Source of the DNA: a virus
Lineage: Duplodnaviria; Caudoviricetes
DNA length: 64,000 bases
IMG/VR virus record: IMGVR_UViG_3300032138_000006
Location: 1 to 64,000 of that record
Strand: one strand, 5' to 3'
Part shown: positions 38,739 to 47,471 of the stretch, one piece after another
Layout: every line of letters begins with the position of its first letter
How positions within the stretch are numbered: position 1 is the first letter of the stretch
Program-made: the position numbers and the translations under genes
The notes under the pieces: generated by a model
Told to the model about the DNA's origin: nothing
What the model saw: the letters and a program-made list of their open reading frames with translations, nothing else
The model's database searches: none

Positions 38739-39143
38739 ATGAACATCAACGAACTCGGCGGAAGAAAACGCCGCTATGTAGATTTGGCAAGACGCATCGC
38801 ACAACAAAGTACATATGGTAATGTAAAGCACGGAGCAGTTCTAATCAAAGGAGGCTCCGTGCTTAATGTTGCGTGTAACAAAGAGAATCATTGTGGCTTT
38901 GGCAATCGCTTTCGAGAGCGTAGCACGGGTCACGCAACGTTGCACGCGGAGTTGGGATGCGTGTTAAACCTTGACCGCAGCGTAACGAACGGAGCGGAGG
39001 TATTTGTTGTGCGTGTCAATAGAAAGGGCGAATACAGGATGTCAAAACCCTGCCCAATGTGTCAATCTGCCCTTGAACATGTGGGCATAAATAAGGTATA
39101 CTATTCCACAAGCGACAACACCTTGGAGACTATGAGACTATGA
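38739..39143 (+). CDS. Zinc-dependent cytidine/dCMP deaminase-like protein
   Basis: HGAVL, HAE and SKPCPMC motifs. Confidence 0.85.
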   Translation: MNINELGGRKRRYVDLARRIAQQSTYGNVKHGAVLIKGGSVLNVACNKENHCGFGNRFRERSTGHATLHAELGCVLNLDRSVTNGAEVFVVRVNRKGEYRMSKPCPMCQSALEHVGINKVYYSTSDNTLETMRL

Positions 39144-39658
39144 ATATTTTTGCTATTGAAAAAAACAAGCACGGCGGCATTGACTGGGTAATGTCTGCTC
39201 GTTCGCAGGATAACTACCGAGTTGTCAAGATGATACTGGAATCCTGTCAGATGTTGTCAACCGCCATCAATGAGCTATCAGGCACCACTGACGCCCCTTA
39301 TCGCACCACCCACAAGCACCACCCGTCCACCAAATGGGTTATGCAGTCATCAGACAATTTTTGTATGCTGGTTGTACATTGTGCGGAGATGCTTGACGAG
39401 TATGAGCGTCGCTTTAATAAGGTGCACAAGTGTCGGGCTGTCCTCCACCGCATCCAAGAGTTGTTTGACCCGTCCCTGTTCCCGTCCAGCGAACCCACTC
39501 GCCTGCCGTTGGCTATGCCGCCAGAGTTTCACACAGATGACATTGTAGAGTCTTACCGTCGTTTCTATGCTAGCAAGCCTCGTATGCGATATCCCGCAGA
39601 TAAGGTGCCAAGTTGGTTTGCCGAGTATCGCGGCGACAAAGAATATCAGGTGGTGTAA
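39140..39658 (+). CDS. Pyrimidine-dimer DNA glycosylase (DenV-like family)
   Basis: MNIF, VVKMILES.QMLST, Y..TH.HHP..KW, EY..RF.K.H, AMP, YR.FY. Confidence 0.8.
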   Translation: MNIFAIEKNKHGGIDWVMSARSQDNYRVVKMILESCQMLSTAINELSGTTDAPYRTTHKHHPSTKWVMQSSDNFCMLVVHCAEMLDEYERRFNKVHKCRAVLHRIQELFDPSLFPSSEPTRLPLAMPPEFHTDDIVESYRRFYASKPRMRYPADKVPSWFAEYRGDKEYQVV

Positions 39659-39660
39659 GG

Positions 39661-40632
39661 ATGCCAAGAGTACTAATCATTGACGCCCTCAATATGTATT
39701 TCAGGGCATACATCGTAGACCCCAGCCTATCTACTAACGGTCAACCCATCGGCGGCACCAAGGGCTTTCTTAAGATCTTGCAGAAGCTAGTGCGAGAGAC
39801 CAAGCCTGATCAGATTGTGATTGCATGGGATGGAGCAGGCGGATCCCAGCGCCGCAAGAGCATAGATAAGAATTATAAAGAAGGGCGCAAGCCAATCCGC
39901 CTCAATCGCCAAATTCGCAACCTCTCTGAAAATGAGGAGGTGGAGAATAAGGTCTGGCAACAAACCCGCTTGGTAGAATACCTAAACTGTATGCCCGTAT
40001 GCCAAGTGATGCTTCCAGCGATTGAAGCCGATGATGTTATTGCCTACGTTGTGGGTATGTCATCGCTCAAGGGCTGGCAGAAGGTCATTGTGTCAAGCGA
40101 CAAAGACTTCTATCAGTTGTGCGACGACGAGACTGTGTTACATAGACCAATCCAGAAGGCGACGCTGAACAAACTTCGCATCATAGAAGACCACGGGATC
40201 CACCCACTGAACTTTGCTCTTGCTCGCGCTGTTGCGGGAGATAAGAGTGACAACCTTAAAGGTGTTGGCGGTGTGGGATTGGCTACAATATCCAAACGGT
40301 TCCCGTTCTTGGCAGAAGAGAAGTCCTATACAATTGACGAGCTAGTTGATTATTGCGACGACTGTGAAAATAAATTAAAAGTACACCATAACATCCTCGA
40401 CGGACGTGGTATAATAGAAAAGAACTACAGATTGATGCAGCTTTACTCACCGAGTATCTCGCCTCAATCCAAGAAGATTATTAGGCACACGGTTGAGGAG
40501 GCGGCTCTGGAGTTTAATAAGACAGAGATGCTGAAGATGATGAACACAGACGGGTTTGGAGTGTTTGACTGGACAAGCCTGTTTCAGACGATGCGGCGAA
40601 TTGTGGCTGCGGAGGTAGCGGATGGCGCGTAG
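39661..40632 (+). CDS. 5'-3' exonuclease/flap endonuclease (Pol I N-terminal or T4 RNase H-like)
   Basis: LIIDALN..FRAY, WDG, YKEGR, EADDVI, SSDKDFYQL, GDKSDNL.GV.GVG. Confidence 0.92.
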   Translation: MPRVLIIDALNMYFRAYIVDPSLSTNGQPIGGTKGFLKILQKLVRETKPDQIVIAWDGAGGSQRRKSIDKNYKEGRKPIRLNRQIRNLSENEEVENKVWQQTRLVEYLNCMPVCQVMLPAIEADDVIAYVVGMSSLKGWQKVIVSSDKDFYQLCDDETVLHRPIQKATLNKLRIIEDHGIHPLNFALARAVAGDKSDNLKGVGGVGLATISKRFPFLAEEKSYTIDELVDYCDDCENKLKVHHNILDGRGIIEKNYRLMQLYSPSISPQSKKIIRHTVEEAALEFNKTEMLKMMNTDGFGVFDWTSLFQTMRRIVAAEVADGA

Positions 40633-41989
40633 CGAAAACGCAGATTTTTCAAAGTTTGGCAAGGCATTTCAAGAGGGGTTGGCTCAGCTTATTATGGAGG
40701 ACCGCCCCTTCGCAGATCAGATTCAGGAGGTCCTGTCAATAGACTTTTTTGAATTAAAATATTTGCAAGCCTTTACCAAAAAGGTTTTTGATTTTAAGGT
40801 CAAGTACGATGTGCACCCATCAAAGGATGCGATGCTATCAGTGCTCCGAGCGGAACTTGATGACGAAAACCCAGCTACCCAAAAACAAACCCGAGATTTC
40901 TTTGCAAGAATTTATAAATCTGAGATCGAGGTCGGCGGAGAAAAATATATTAAAGAGACAGCCCTTGACTTTTGCAGAAAGCAAAAGCTCAAAGAGGCTA
41001 TGATCAAATCAGTAGGGCTGCTAGAGGCGTCATCGTTTGATGAGATCAGTTCAGTGATCAACGAGGCTTTGAAGCTAGGCTCCAACACAGATTTTGGTTA
41101 TGACTACATGGCTGATTTTGAAGAGCGGTTTTTGCTCAAGGCTCGCGACCCCATCAGCACAGGCTGGCAAATCATTGACGACCACTGCAAAGGTGGGTTG
41201 GGGATTGGAGAGCTTGGTGTAGTCATCGCCCCGACCGGAGCAGGGAAGTCAATGGTCTTGGTACATCTTGGAGCCGAGGCTTTAAAACAGGGCAAGACTG
41301 TGGTACACTATACACTAGAGTTGGCGCCCACAGTCATTGCTAATCGGTATGATAGCTGCATAACGGGCATTCCACTCCCGCAGCTTTTTGGTTGCAAAGA
41401 AGGTATTTACGAGACGGTAAAAGAATTGGACGGGCAATTAATAATTAAAGAGTATCCAACCAAGTCAGCTTCGCCGAATGTAATTCGTAATCATCTGGAA
41501 AGGTTGCAGCAACGGGACATCAAACCGGATTTAATTATTGTGGATTATGCCGATTTGCTGCGCCCAAACGTAATAAGAAAAGAAAAAAGACACGAGTTGG
41601 AGACTATTTATGAAGACATCAGAGGTATAGCACAGGAGTTTAAATGCCCGTGTTATACCGCATCGCAAACCAACAGGTCTGGATTGAACGCAGAAGTAAT
41701 TACCATGGAAGCCATCTCCGAAGCATTCAATAAGTGCTTTGTGGCAGATTTTATTTTCTCCGTCTCCAGAACAGTTGAAGATAAAAATACAAATGGGGGC
41801 AGGGTCTTTCTAGCTAAGAATAGGAATGGTCCTGATGGAATTATCTACCCTATTTTTATGGATACGGCGAGAGTTAAAATAAAAGTGTTGCCACCAGATG
41901 GCACCACGATTGAGCAGGCTGTCGCACAGTCGACTGCCGAACAGGGAAAGCAGTTACGAGAGAAATACAAGGAATTTAGGAAGAAATAA
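40622..41989 (+). CDS. DnaB-family replicative helicase (gp41-like)
   Basis: APTGAGKS, YTLEL, IKEYP, IVDYADL, TASQTNR, KNRNG. Confidence 0.92.
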   Translation: MARSENADFSKFGKAFQEGLAQLIMEDRPFADQIQEVLSIDFFELKYLQAFTKKVFDFKVKYDVHPSKDAMLSVLRAELDDENPATQKQTRDFFARIYKSEIEVGGEKYIKETALDFCRKQKLKEAMIKSVGLLEASSFDEISSVINEALKLGSNTDFGYDYMADFEERFLLKARDPISTGWQIIDDHCKGGLGIGELGVVIAPTGAGKSMVLVHLGAEALKQGKTVVHYTLELAPTVIANRYDSCITGIPLPQLFGCKEGIYETVKELDGQLIIKEYPTKSASPNVIRNHLERLQQRDIKPDLIIVDYADLLRPNVIRKEKRHELETIYEDIRGIAQEFKCPCYTASQTNRSGLNAEVITMEAISEAFNKCFVADFIFSVSRTVEDKNTNGGRVFLAKNRNGPDGIIYPIFMDTARVKIKVLPPDGTTIEQAVAQSTAEQGKQLREKYKEFRKK

Positions 41990-41990
41990 A

Positions 41991-44426
41991 ATGACACTGG
42001 ATACAGCCCGAGAGAGAACTTTAAAATATTTTGACGGAGATGAGCTAGCAGCTAATGTCTTTCTAACAAAATACGCCCTTAAGAACAAGATGGGGGAAGT
42101 GCAAGAGCAAACTCCAGACGTGATGCATGACCGTTTGGCAAAACAGTTTGCAAGGATGGAAGAAAAATTTGGTGGCAACCGCCAGTTGTCGTATGAGGAA
42201 ATTCGTAAATCGTTTGACGGCTTCAAGTGCATCGTTCCACAGGGATCAGTAATGTTTGGCTGTGGCAATGATTATGTTCACGCATCGCTTTCCAACTGCG
42301 TCGTGGTATCTTCTCCGGAAGACAATATGTCATCTATCGTCGAGACCGGCAAAGACCTAGCAAACCTCTTTAAGCGCCGCTGTGGCGTCGGCGTTGATAT
42401 CTCAGAACTACGCCCAGAAAACACACCAGTTAATAATTCTGCTGGCACCACCACAGGAGCTTGGTCGTTCGCAGATTTTTATTCTTATGTGTGCCGGATG
42501 GTTGGGCAAAATGGTCGCCGCGGAGCACTGATGATTTCAATGGACGTTAGACATCCAGATATCGAACAGTTTGTGACGATGAAGCATGACTTATCAAAGG
42601 TCACCGGAGCAAACGTTTCAGTAAAACTGAGTGATGATTTCATGCATGCGGTTGATTCTAATGCAGACTTTCTTTTGCGCTACCCGGTTGATTCTGAACC
42701 AGACGAGGCGGTTAACTTTACGAAGACCATCCGCGCTCGTGACTTGTGGGAAAAGATTGTCGAGAGCGCCACCAAGACAGCCGAACCGGGATTGTTGATG
42801 TGGGACAATATTAAAAAGAACCTTCCAGCCGAGTGTTATGCTGATGTTGGATTTCAGACCATCTCCACTAACCCCTGTGCAGAGATCCCCCTGTCATCTC
42901 ACGATAGCTGTCGTCTGATTTCCATTAATTTAAAAAACTTTGTCAAGAAGCCATTCACCAAGGGCGCATATTTTGATTATGAAGATTTTGGCAAGAATGT
43001 TACTATGGCAATGCGCCTGTCTGATGACTTGGTTGAATTGGAAGCAGAGCAACTGGCAAAGATAATTAAAATTGCCGATACCAAGGACGAAAAGAAGCTT
43101 TGGACAAAGCTGCGCAAAGCCTGCCTTGAGGGTCGCCGTACAGGTCTGGGCACGCACGGCTTGGCTGATGCTGTTGCTCGCTTGTGCATGCGTTATGATT
43201 CTGATGAAAGTGTCGTCGAGATTGACAAGATTTATGGTACTCTAAGAGACAAAGCCTATGAAGAGAGTGCGCGCTTAGCCCAAGAAAGGGGTTCTTTTCC
43301 AGTGTTTGATTGGGAAAAAGAAAAGAATAATGCCTTTATCCGCCGCCTGCCAAAGCGTATCCAAAAAATGATCGCTGAGGCTGGTCGACGCAATATCTCT
43401 ATTTTGACAAACGCCCCGACGGGCAGCGTATCGATCTTGTCACAAACCAGTTCCGGCTTAGAGCCGGTGTTCCGCAATTCGTATGTGCGACGTCGCAAGC
43501 TGAACCACAACGAGCAAGGCATTGAACCAGACTTTGTTGACGACTTGGGGGATCGCTGGGTGGAGTATAAAGTTTTTCACCACAACGTCGAAGAATGGAC
43601 CAAACATCATTCTGGCGCCGGTACTGAATTGCCTGATTTCTTTGTAGAAAGCGACCAAATCGATTGGACACGTCGAGTTAAAATTCAGGCGGCAATTCAA
43701 AAGAATATTGATCATGCGATTAGTTCCACGATCAACCTTCCGGAAAATACTTCTCCTGATGTTGTTGCCGATCTTTATATGAGAGGCTGGAAAGAGGGGC
43801 TCAAAGGCATTACTGTATACGTTGATGGCAGTCGTACCGGCGTACTGGTCACTGGCAAAGAGGACACGTCTGACACGTTCCCTCAAAACGGTGCGCCACA
43901 TAGACCCGAGGTTGTTGATTGCGACATTCACCACACCACAATCAAGGGCGAAAAGTGGACTGTCCTCGTTGGTATTTATGAGGGTCGACCCTATGAGGTG
44001 CTCGGGGGGTTGTCTAATTTAATTGAAATTCCGAAGCGGCACACCGAGGGTCGTTTAACAAAGCACAGGTTTAAGACAAGGACCAACCGATATGACTTGA
44101 CATTTGGTGTAGATGATGATACGACAGTGGTAAGAGACATCGTTCGCGTATTTGATAATCCAAACGAGTCTGCGTTTACACGAATGATTTCTCTTGCCTT
44201 GAGGCATGGTGCCCCACCGCGCCTTTTGGTGGAACAACTACAAAAAGATAAGGACAGTGATATGTTTAGCTTTGCTAGATGCGTTGCTAGAATTCTTAAG
44301 AATTATATCCAAGACGGAGAGCCTGCCGGGGACAGGGATTGTCCTGAGTGCAGCGCAGAAGATGGGCTGGTCTACCAAGATGGTTGCGTGGCTTGCCGTC
44401 AGTGTGGTTATGCAAAATGTGGATAA
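41991..44426 (+). CDS. nrdJ: Class II (B12-dependent) ribonucleotide reductase
   Basis: SNCVV, RRGA, HPDI..F, TNPCAEI, APTGS.S, SSG.EP, KGITVY.DGSR, C-terminal CPEC...CRQCG; no beta subunit in the window. Confidence 0.85.
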   Translation: MTLDTARERTLKYFDGDELAANVFLTKYALKNKMGEVQEQTPDVMHDRLAKQFARMEEKFGGNRQLSYEEIRKSFDGFKCIVPQGSVMFGCGNDYVHASLSNCVVVSSPEDNMSSIVETGKDLANLFKRRCGVGVDISELRPENTPVNNSAGTTTGAWSFADFYSYVCRMVGQNGRRGALMISMDVRHPDIEQFVTMKHDLSKVTGANVSVKLSDDFMHAVDSNADFLLRYPVDSEPDEAVNFTKTIRARDLWEKIVESATKTAEPGLLMWDNIKKNLPAECYADVGFQTISTNPCAEIPLSSHDSCRLISINLKNFVKKPFTKGAYFDYEDFGKNVTMAMRLSDDLVELEAEQLAKIIKIADTKDEKKLWTKLRKACLEGRRTGLGTHGLADAVARLCMRYDSDESVVEIDKIYGTLRDKAYEESARLAQERGSFPVFDWEKEKNNAFIRRLPKRIQKMIAEAGRRNISILTNAPTGSVSILSQTSSGLEPVFRNSYVRRRKLNHNEQGIEPDFVDDLGDRWVEYKVFHHNVEEWTKHHSGAGTELPDFFVESDQIDWTRRVKIQAAIQKNIDHAISSTINLPENTSPDVVADLYMRGWKEGLKGITVYVDGSRTGVLVTGKEDTSDTFPQNGAPHRPEVVDCDIHHTTIKGEKWTVLVGIYEGRPYEVLGGLSNLIEIPKRHTEGRLTKHRFKTRTNRYDLTFGVDDDTTVVRDIVRVFDNPNESAFTRMISLALRHGAPPRLLVEQLQKDKDSDMFSFARCVARILKNYIQDGEPAGDRDCPECSAEDGLVYQDGCVACRQCGYAKCG

Positions 44427-44432
44427 AAACAC

Positions 44433-44461
44433 TTGACAAATAAACAAATAAGGCTTATACT
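44433..44461 (+). promoter_or_regulatory. sigma70 promoter
   Basis: TTGACA-17 nt-TATACT. Confidence 0.8.
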
Positions 44462-44491
44462 AGTCTTATAACTTTCAAAAGGAGTGACTTA

Positions 44492-44749
44492 ATGTCTAAT
44501 AACAATAACGAGTATCAGGAAAAGGAAAATCGCATTACAAACTATATTAAGTCTTTGTCGACTATCGAAGATGCCATGGAACCCTACAAGGAACAGAAGC
44601 GAGCCTTGAAGGGAAACTATGTCGAGAACGGATGGCTTTCAAAAGAGGAAATCAGTATGGCTGTCAAGGCATACCGCATGGTCAAGGATGACACGGATGT
44701 TGATCAGTTGTTGGACTTCTACTCACATGTGCAGAAGACTTGCAAATGA
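44492..44749 (+). CDS. Small helical protein, possibly DNA-binding (GapR/T4 DsbA-like)
   Basis: 85 aa; I..YI..L..IE.......EQ...L pattern; AAGGAG SD. Confidence 0.45.
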   Translation: MSNNNNEYQEKENRITNYIKSLSTIEDAMEPYKEQKRALKGNYVENGWLSKEEISMAVKAYRMVKDDTDVDQLLDFYSHVQKTCK

Positions 44750-45030
44750 TTATTAAACCCCAAAATAGGCACTTGTTGGTGGAAGTTCTGGAATCCGATC
44801 AGGGCGATAAGCCGACAATTCTGGTACCAGAAGACTACACTGTAAGGGCTGCGAACGAATATCAGTTGGTTCGTATATTGGCAACAGCGCCTGATTCGTC
44901 TCTTTTTGAGGTGGGTCAGTGCGCTGTTGTTGAGGGTCATATGATTAAGAGCGTCGGCGTGGGCTCTTCCCCGCACCAACTAGTATTGGAAAACTACGTT
45001 CTTGCGCTAGTGGAAGATGAGGCAGTATAA
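44746..45030 (+). CDS. GroES-like co-chaperonin
   Basis: IKP.NRHLLVE, ILVPE mobile loop, VG..VV, LVLENYVLALV. Confidence 0.65.
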   Translation: MIIKPQNRHLLVEVLESDQGDKPTILVPEDYTVRAANEYQLVRILATAPDSSLFEVGQCAVVEGHMIKSVGVGSSPHQLVLENYVLALVEDEAV

Positions 45031-45919
45031 TGAAATTGTCGTTGGGCATAGCCTAGCGGCGGTCGCATATGCGTACCTTAATGCCGCGCCTCTTATAATT
45101 AATAAGCAAGGTGCGTCGCCATTTTTATTTGATTTCTTTGAACAGGGGTTCGATTTAGCTCCGTTCTTGACTCCACCCGTCACCTATGATATGGTTTCTA
45201 ATGTCGGTATAAAAACCGTTGGAGCGTCGAAGTCAGATTTGTGGGAGAAGATTGTTTTTTCATTAGCTGTCTCTGGTCGTCTGCCTGTTTCTGATAAAGC
45301 AAAATCGATAAGAGTGGATGCAGAAACTAAATCGCTGGTAGTTATTATCGGGGGATCGGCAGTGAAATATGGCTACCAAAAATTGCGCATATTTAATAGT
45401 GACGTCATACAGGGGCTCAATCTAGCTGAACCGCCAGAATCTGAAACGGTCAGAGTATTCGACTGGTTTAACGTTCGAACGGGCTGTTGTCACGAATATG
45501 ATCACTTGCGCAGCGATGATGACTTAGTGAGTGAAATATATTTTTATCCATCCCCGAGAGCAGGAACAAAAAACCACAATATTAAAGATTTGGTTGCGGT
45601 TTCTTTTTTGAGCGCGGATCAATTAAACGATGTTGAATATTCAGATGTCGCTGCGCGATTTAAGATTTTAAATATGATGAAGACTGCTGGCATTCGGGGC
45701 GCCAGAAACGGGCGCGACCAAAAAAAGCCAGAAAGATATAAGTATTACGCTGTGAGGATTGAAGCAACCGAGCGTCAGGTCGAGCAGATCAAAACAGGCA
45801 GTTATTCGAGCCGATGTGGTGTGATTTTCGATCATCGCAACGAAGAAGAAGTTATATTAGAACACCCATTCAATGAAAATCATAGTTATAAAACTCTCCA
45901 CCAGCTAATTAGGGGGTAA
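45017..45919 (+). CDS. Hypothetical protein, degenerate Rossmann-like N-terminus
   Basis: Y.EIVVG.SLAA..YAY start; 300 aa. Confidence 0.55.
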   Translation: MRQYNEIVVGHSLAAVAYAYLNAAPLIINKQGASPFLFDFFEQGFDLAPFLTPPVTYDMVSNVGIKTVGASKSDLWEKIVFSLAVSGRLPVSDKAKSIRVDAETKSLVVIIGGSAVKYGYQKLRIFNSDVIQGLNLAEPPESETVRVFDWFNVRTGCCHEYDHLRSDDDLVSEIYFYPSPRAGTKNHNIKDLVAVSFLSADQLNDVEYSDVAARFKILNMMKTAGIRGARNGRDQKKPERYKYYAVRIEATERQVEQIKTGSYSSRCGVIFDHRNEEEVILEHPFNENHSYKTLHQLIRG

Positions 45920-45947
45920 GGTGCAGGAAGCACAGGAGGATAATACT

Positions 45948-46322
45948 ATGAGTGGCATCGGAGGAGTGTCGGGCGCAGGAGGCGCATCAGCGGCTGGAGG
46001 AGCAGGAGCCGCCGCAGGAGCAGGAGCAGGGGCAGGAGCCGCTGCTGCTGGTGGAGTATCGCATGCGGGAGGGGTTGAATCTGCTGGCTCTACCGAAGGG
46101 GGTACCGGCGAGGCGTTAAAGCCGTTGGACTCTGGAGAACATGTTGCACCACCGGGTGAGCCGAATGGAAACATGAATACGATGAACTTTATCGAACTTC
46201 ATAATACTTCGGTCACACAGGTGAACGAGGTGCAGGAAAGCGGAGAGATTGATTGGAAGAAGCTGATCGAAATGATGATAGCAATTAAACTATTACAAGA
46301 GATGGGTAAAAGTCAACAGTGA
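45948..46322 (+). CDS. Gly/Ala-rich low-complexity protein
   Basis: AGGAGG SD at 45934-45939; ATG 45948; amphipathic C-terminal helix. Confidence 0.65.
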   Translation: MSGIGGVSGAGGASAAGGAGAAAGAGAGAGAAAAGGVSHAGGVESAGSTEGGTGEALKPLDSGEHVAPPGEPNGNMNTMNFIELHNTSVTQVNEVQESGEIDWKKLIEMMIAIKLLQEMGKSQQ

Positions 46323-46534
46323 AAGTGACAGAAATCAAAAATATTCCATTTTTAAATTTGATACCAGAAGAGCACCGCCGCTGGGTTGCACAAGAGATAG
46401 AGTTTGAAGAGCCAGAGCCGGAAGAAGAGTACGGAGAACTGCCCGCCATTCAGGACGGCGAACTTATATTATATGATCGTTGTGGCAGAATTAAAAAGTT
46501 AAAAAAAATGTCTCGTCTTATAAATATAATTTGA
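46319..46534 (+). CDS. Hypothetical protein
   Basis: GTGA-coupled to the upstream ORF. Confidence 0.5.
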   Translation: MKVTEIKNIPFLNLIPEEHRRWVAQEIEFEEPEPEEEYGELPAIQDGELILYDRCGRIKKLKKMSRLINII

Positions 46535-46559
46535 CTTTCGTGTTTTAGTCTGTTATTAT
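46531..46559 (+). promoter_or_regulatory. sigma70 promoter (leaderless transcript likely)
   Basis: TTGACT-17 nt-TATTAT; ATG 6 nt downstream. Confidence 0.65.
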
Positions 46560-46565
46560 ACTCTT

Positions 46566-47471
46566 ATGTCCTTACACAAAAGCTCAATCAGCGAAAAGAC
46601 GTTTCATTTGGCTGGCATCGTTCCAGTTGCAGGTCAGCCGCTAGATTTTGAGTTCCCTTGGCACGATTCTTTAATGCCAATCGCGCCAAACTATTTGGCA
46701 ATAGAGAGAGCCGTGGTTGAATGTGCATGGGCTGGTTGCGAAACGATTTGGATTGTGTGCAATGACGATATGCAGCCGCTCATTCGCCACCGCCTCGGAG
46801 ATTATATTTACGATCCTGTGACCATGGGCAGGAACTACGGCATCAAACCAACTGACGAAAGAAAGCCAATAACAATTTACTACACACCAATACACCCAAA
46901 AGACCGACAAAAGAGAGACTGCTTGGCTTGGAGCGTATTGTATGGTGCTCAGGTTGCTTTTGATACGTCTAAGCAAATAAGTCGTTGGGTTGCGCCAGAT
47001 AGATACTATGTTGCTTTCCCGTATGGAGTTTACGAGCCCGAGATATTAAGAGAGTACCGTAAAGAAATCTCTAGTCGCCGCGATTTTTGTCTGGCTCATA
47101 AGGACAAGACCGTGAGAGATGGTGAATATTTGGGATTTACTTTCGAGGCAGACGCCCACAAAGAATTTGTAAAAGTGGTTCGTTCCGGTACAGGAGATAA
47201 AGTACCGGGTCGACATCGCCCCGGCGAAATCCCCACTGAAAGGCTACCTTTGCATAAAAAATGGTCAGCGAGGTTTTTTTCTCTTGACAAAGTTTTTGAA
47301 TCTGTTATGGTAGAGAAGGCTGTTACAGCGGAAGTCAAATGGTATCACAAAATCGATAGCTGGAAACTGTTTTGTGATTATGCCGCTAGCGGCAATTCAT
47401 TAACGCGACCGGCAAAATGTATACTCTCTTATAGAGAGTGGAACCCAATAGGAGTTGATAATAATGAGTGA
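46566..47471 (+). CDS. Sugar-phosphate nucleotidyltransferase-like (GT-A fold) protein
   Basis: AGIVPVAG...LMPI....AIE....C..AG...IWIV resembles the NTP-transferase N-terminus but lacks GxGTR and PK. Confidence 0.6.
   Translation: MSLHKSSISEKTFHLAGIVPVAGQPLDFEFPWHDSLMPIAPNYLAIERAVVECAWAGCETIWIVCNDDMQPLIRHRLGDYIYDPVTMGRNYGIKPTDERKPITIYYTPIHPKDRQKRDCLAWSVLYGAQVAFDTSKQISRWVAPDRYYVAFPYGVYEPEILREYRKEISSRRDFCLAHKDKTVRDGEYLGFTFEADAHKEFVKVVRSGTGDKVPGRHRPGEIPTERLPLHKKWSARFFSLDKVFESVMVEKAVTAEVKWYHKIDSWKLFCDYAASGNSLTRPAKCILSYREWNPIGVDNNE
47284..47311 (+). promoter_or_regulatory. Putative intragenic sigma70 promoter for dnaE
   Basis: TTGACA-16 nt-TATGGT with extended TG. Confidence 0.4.
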
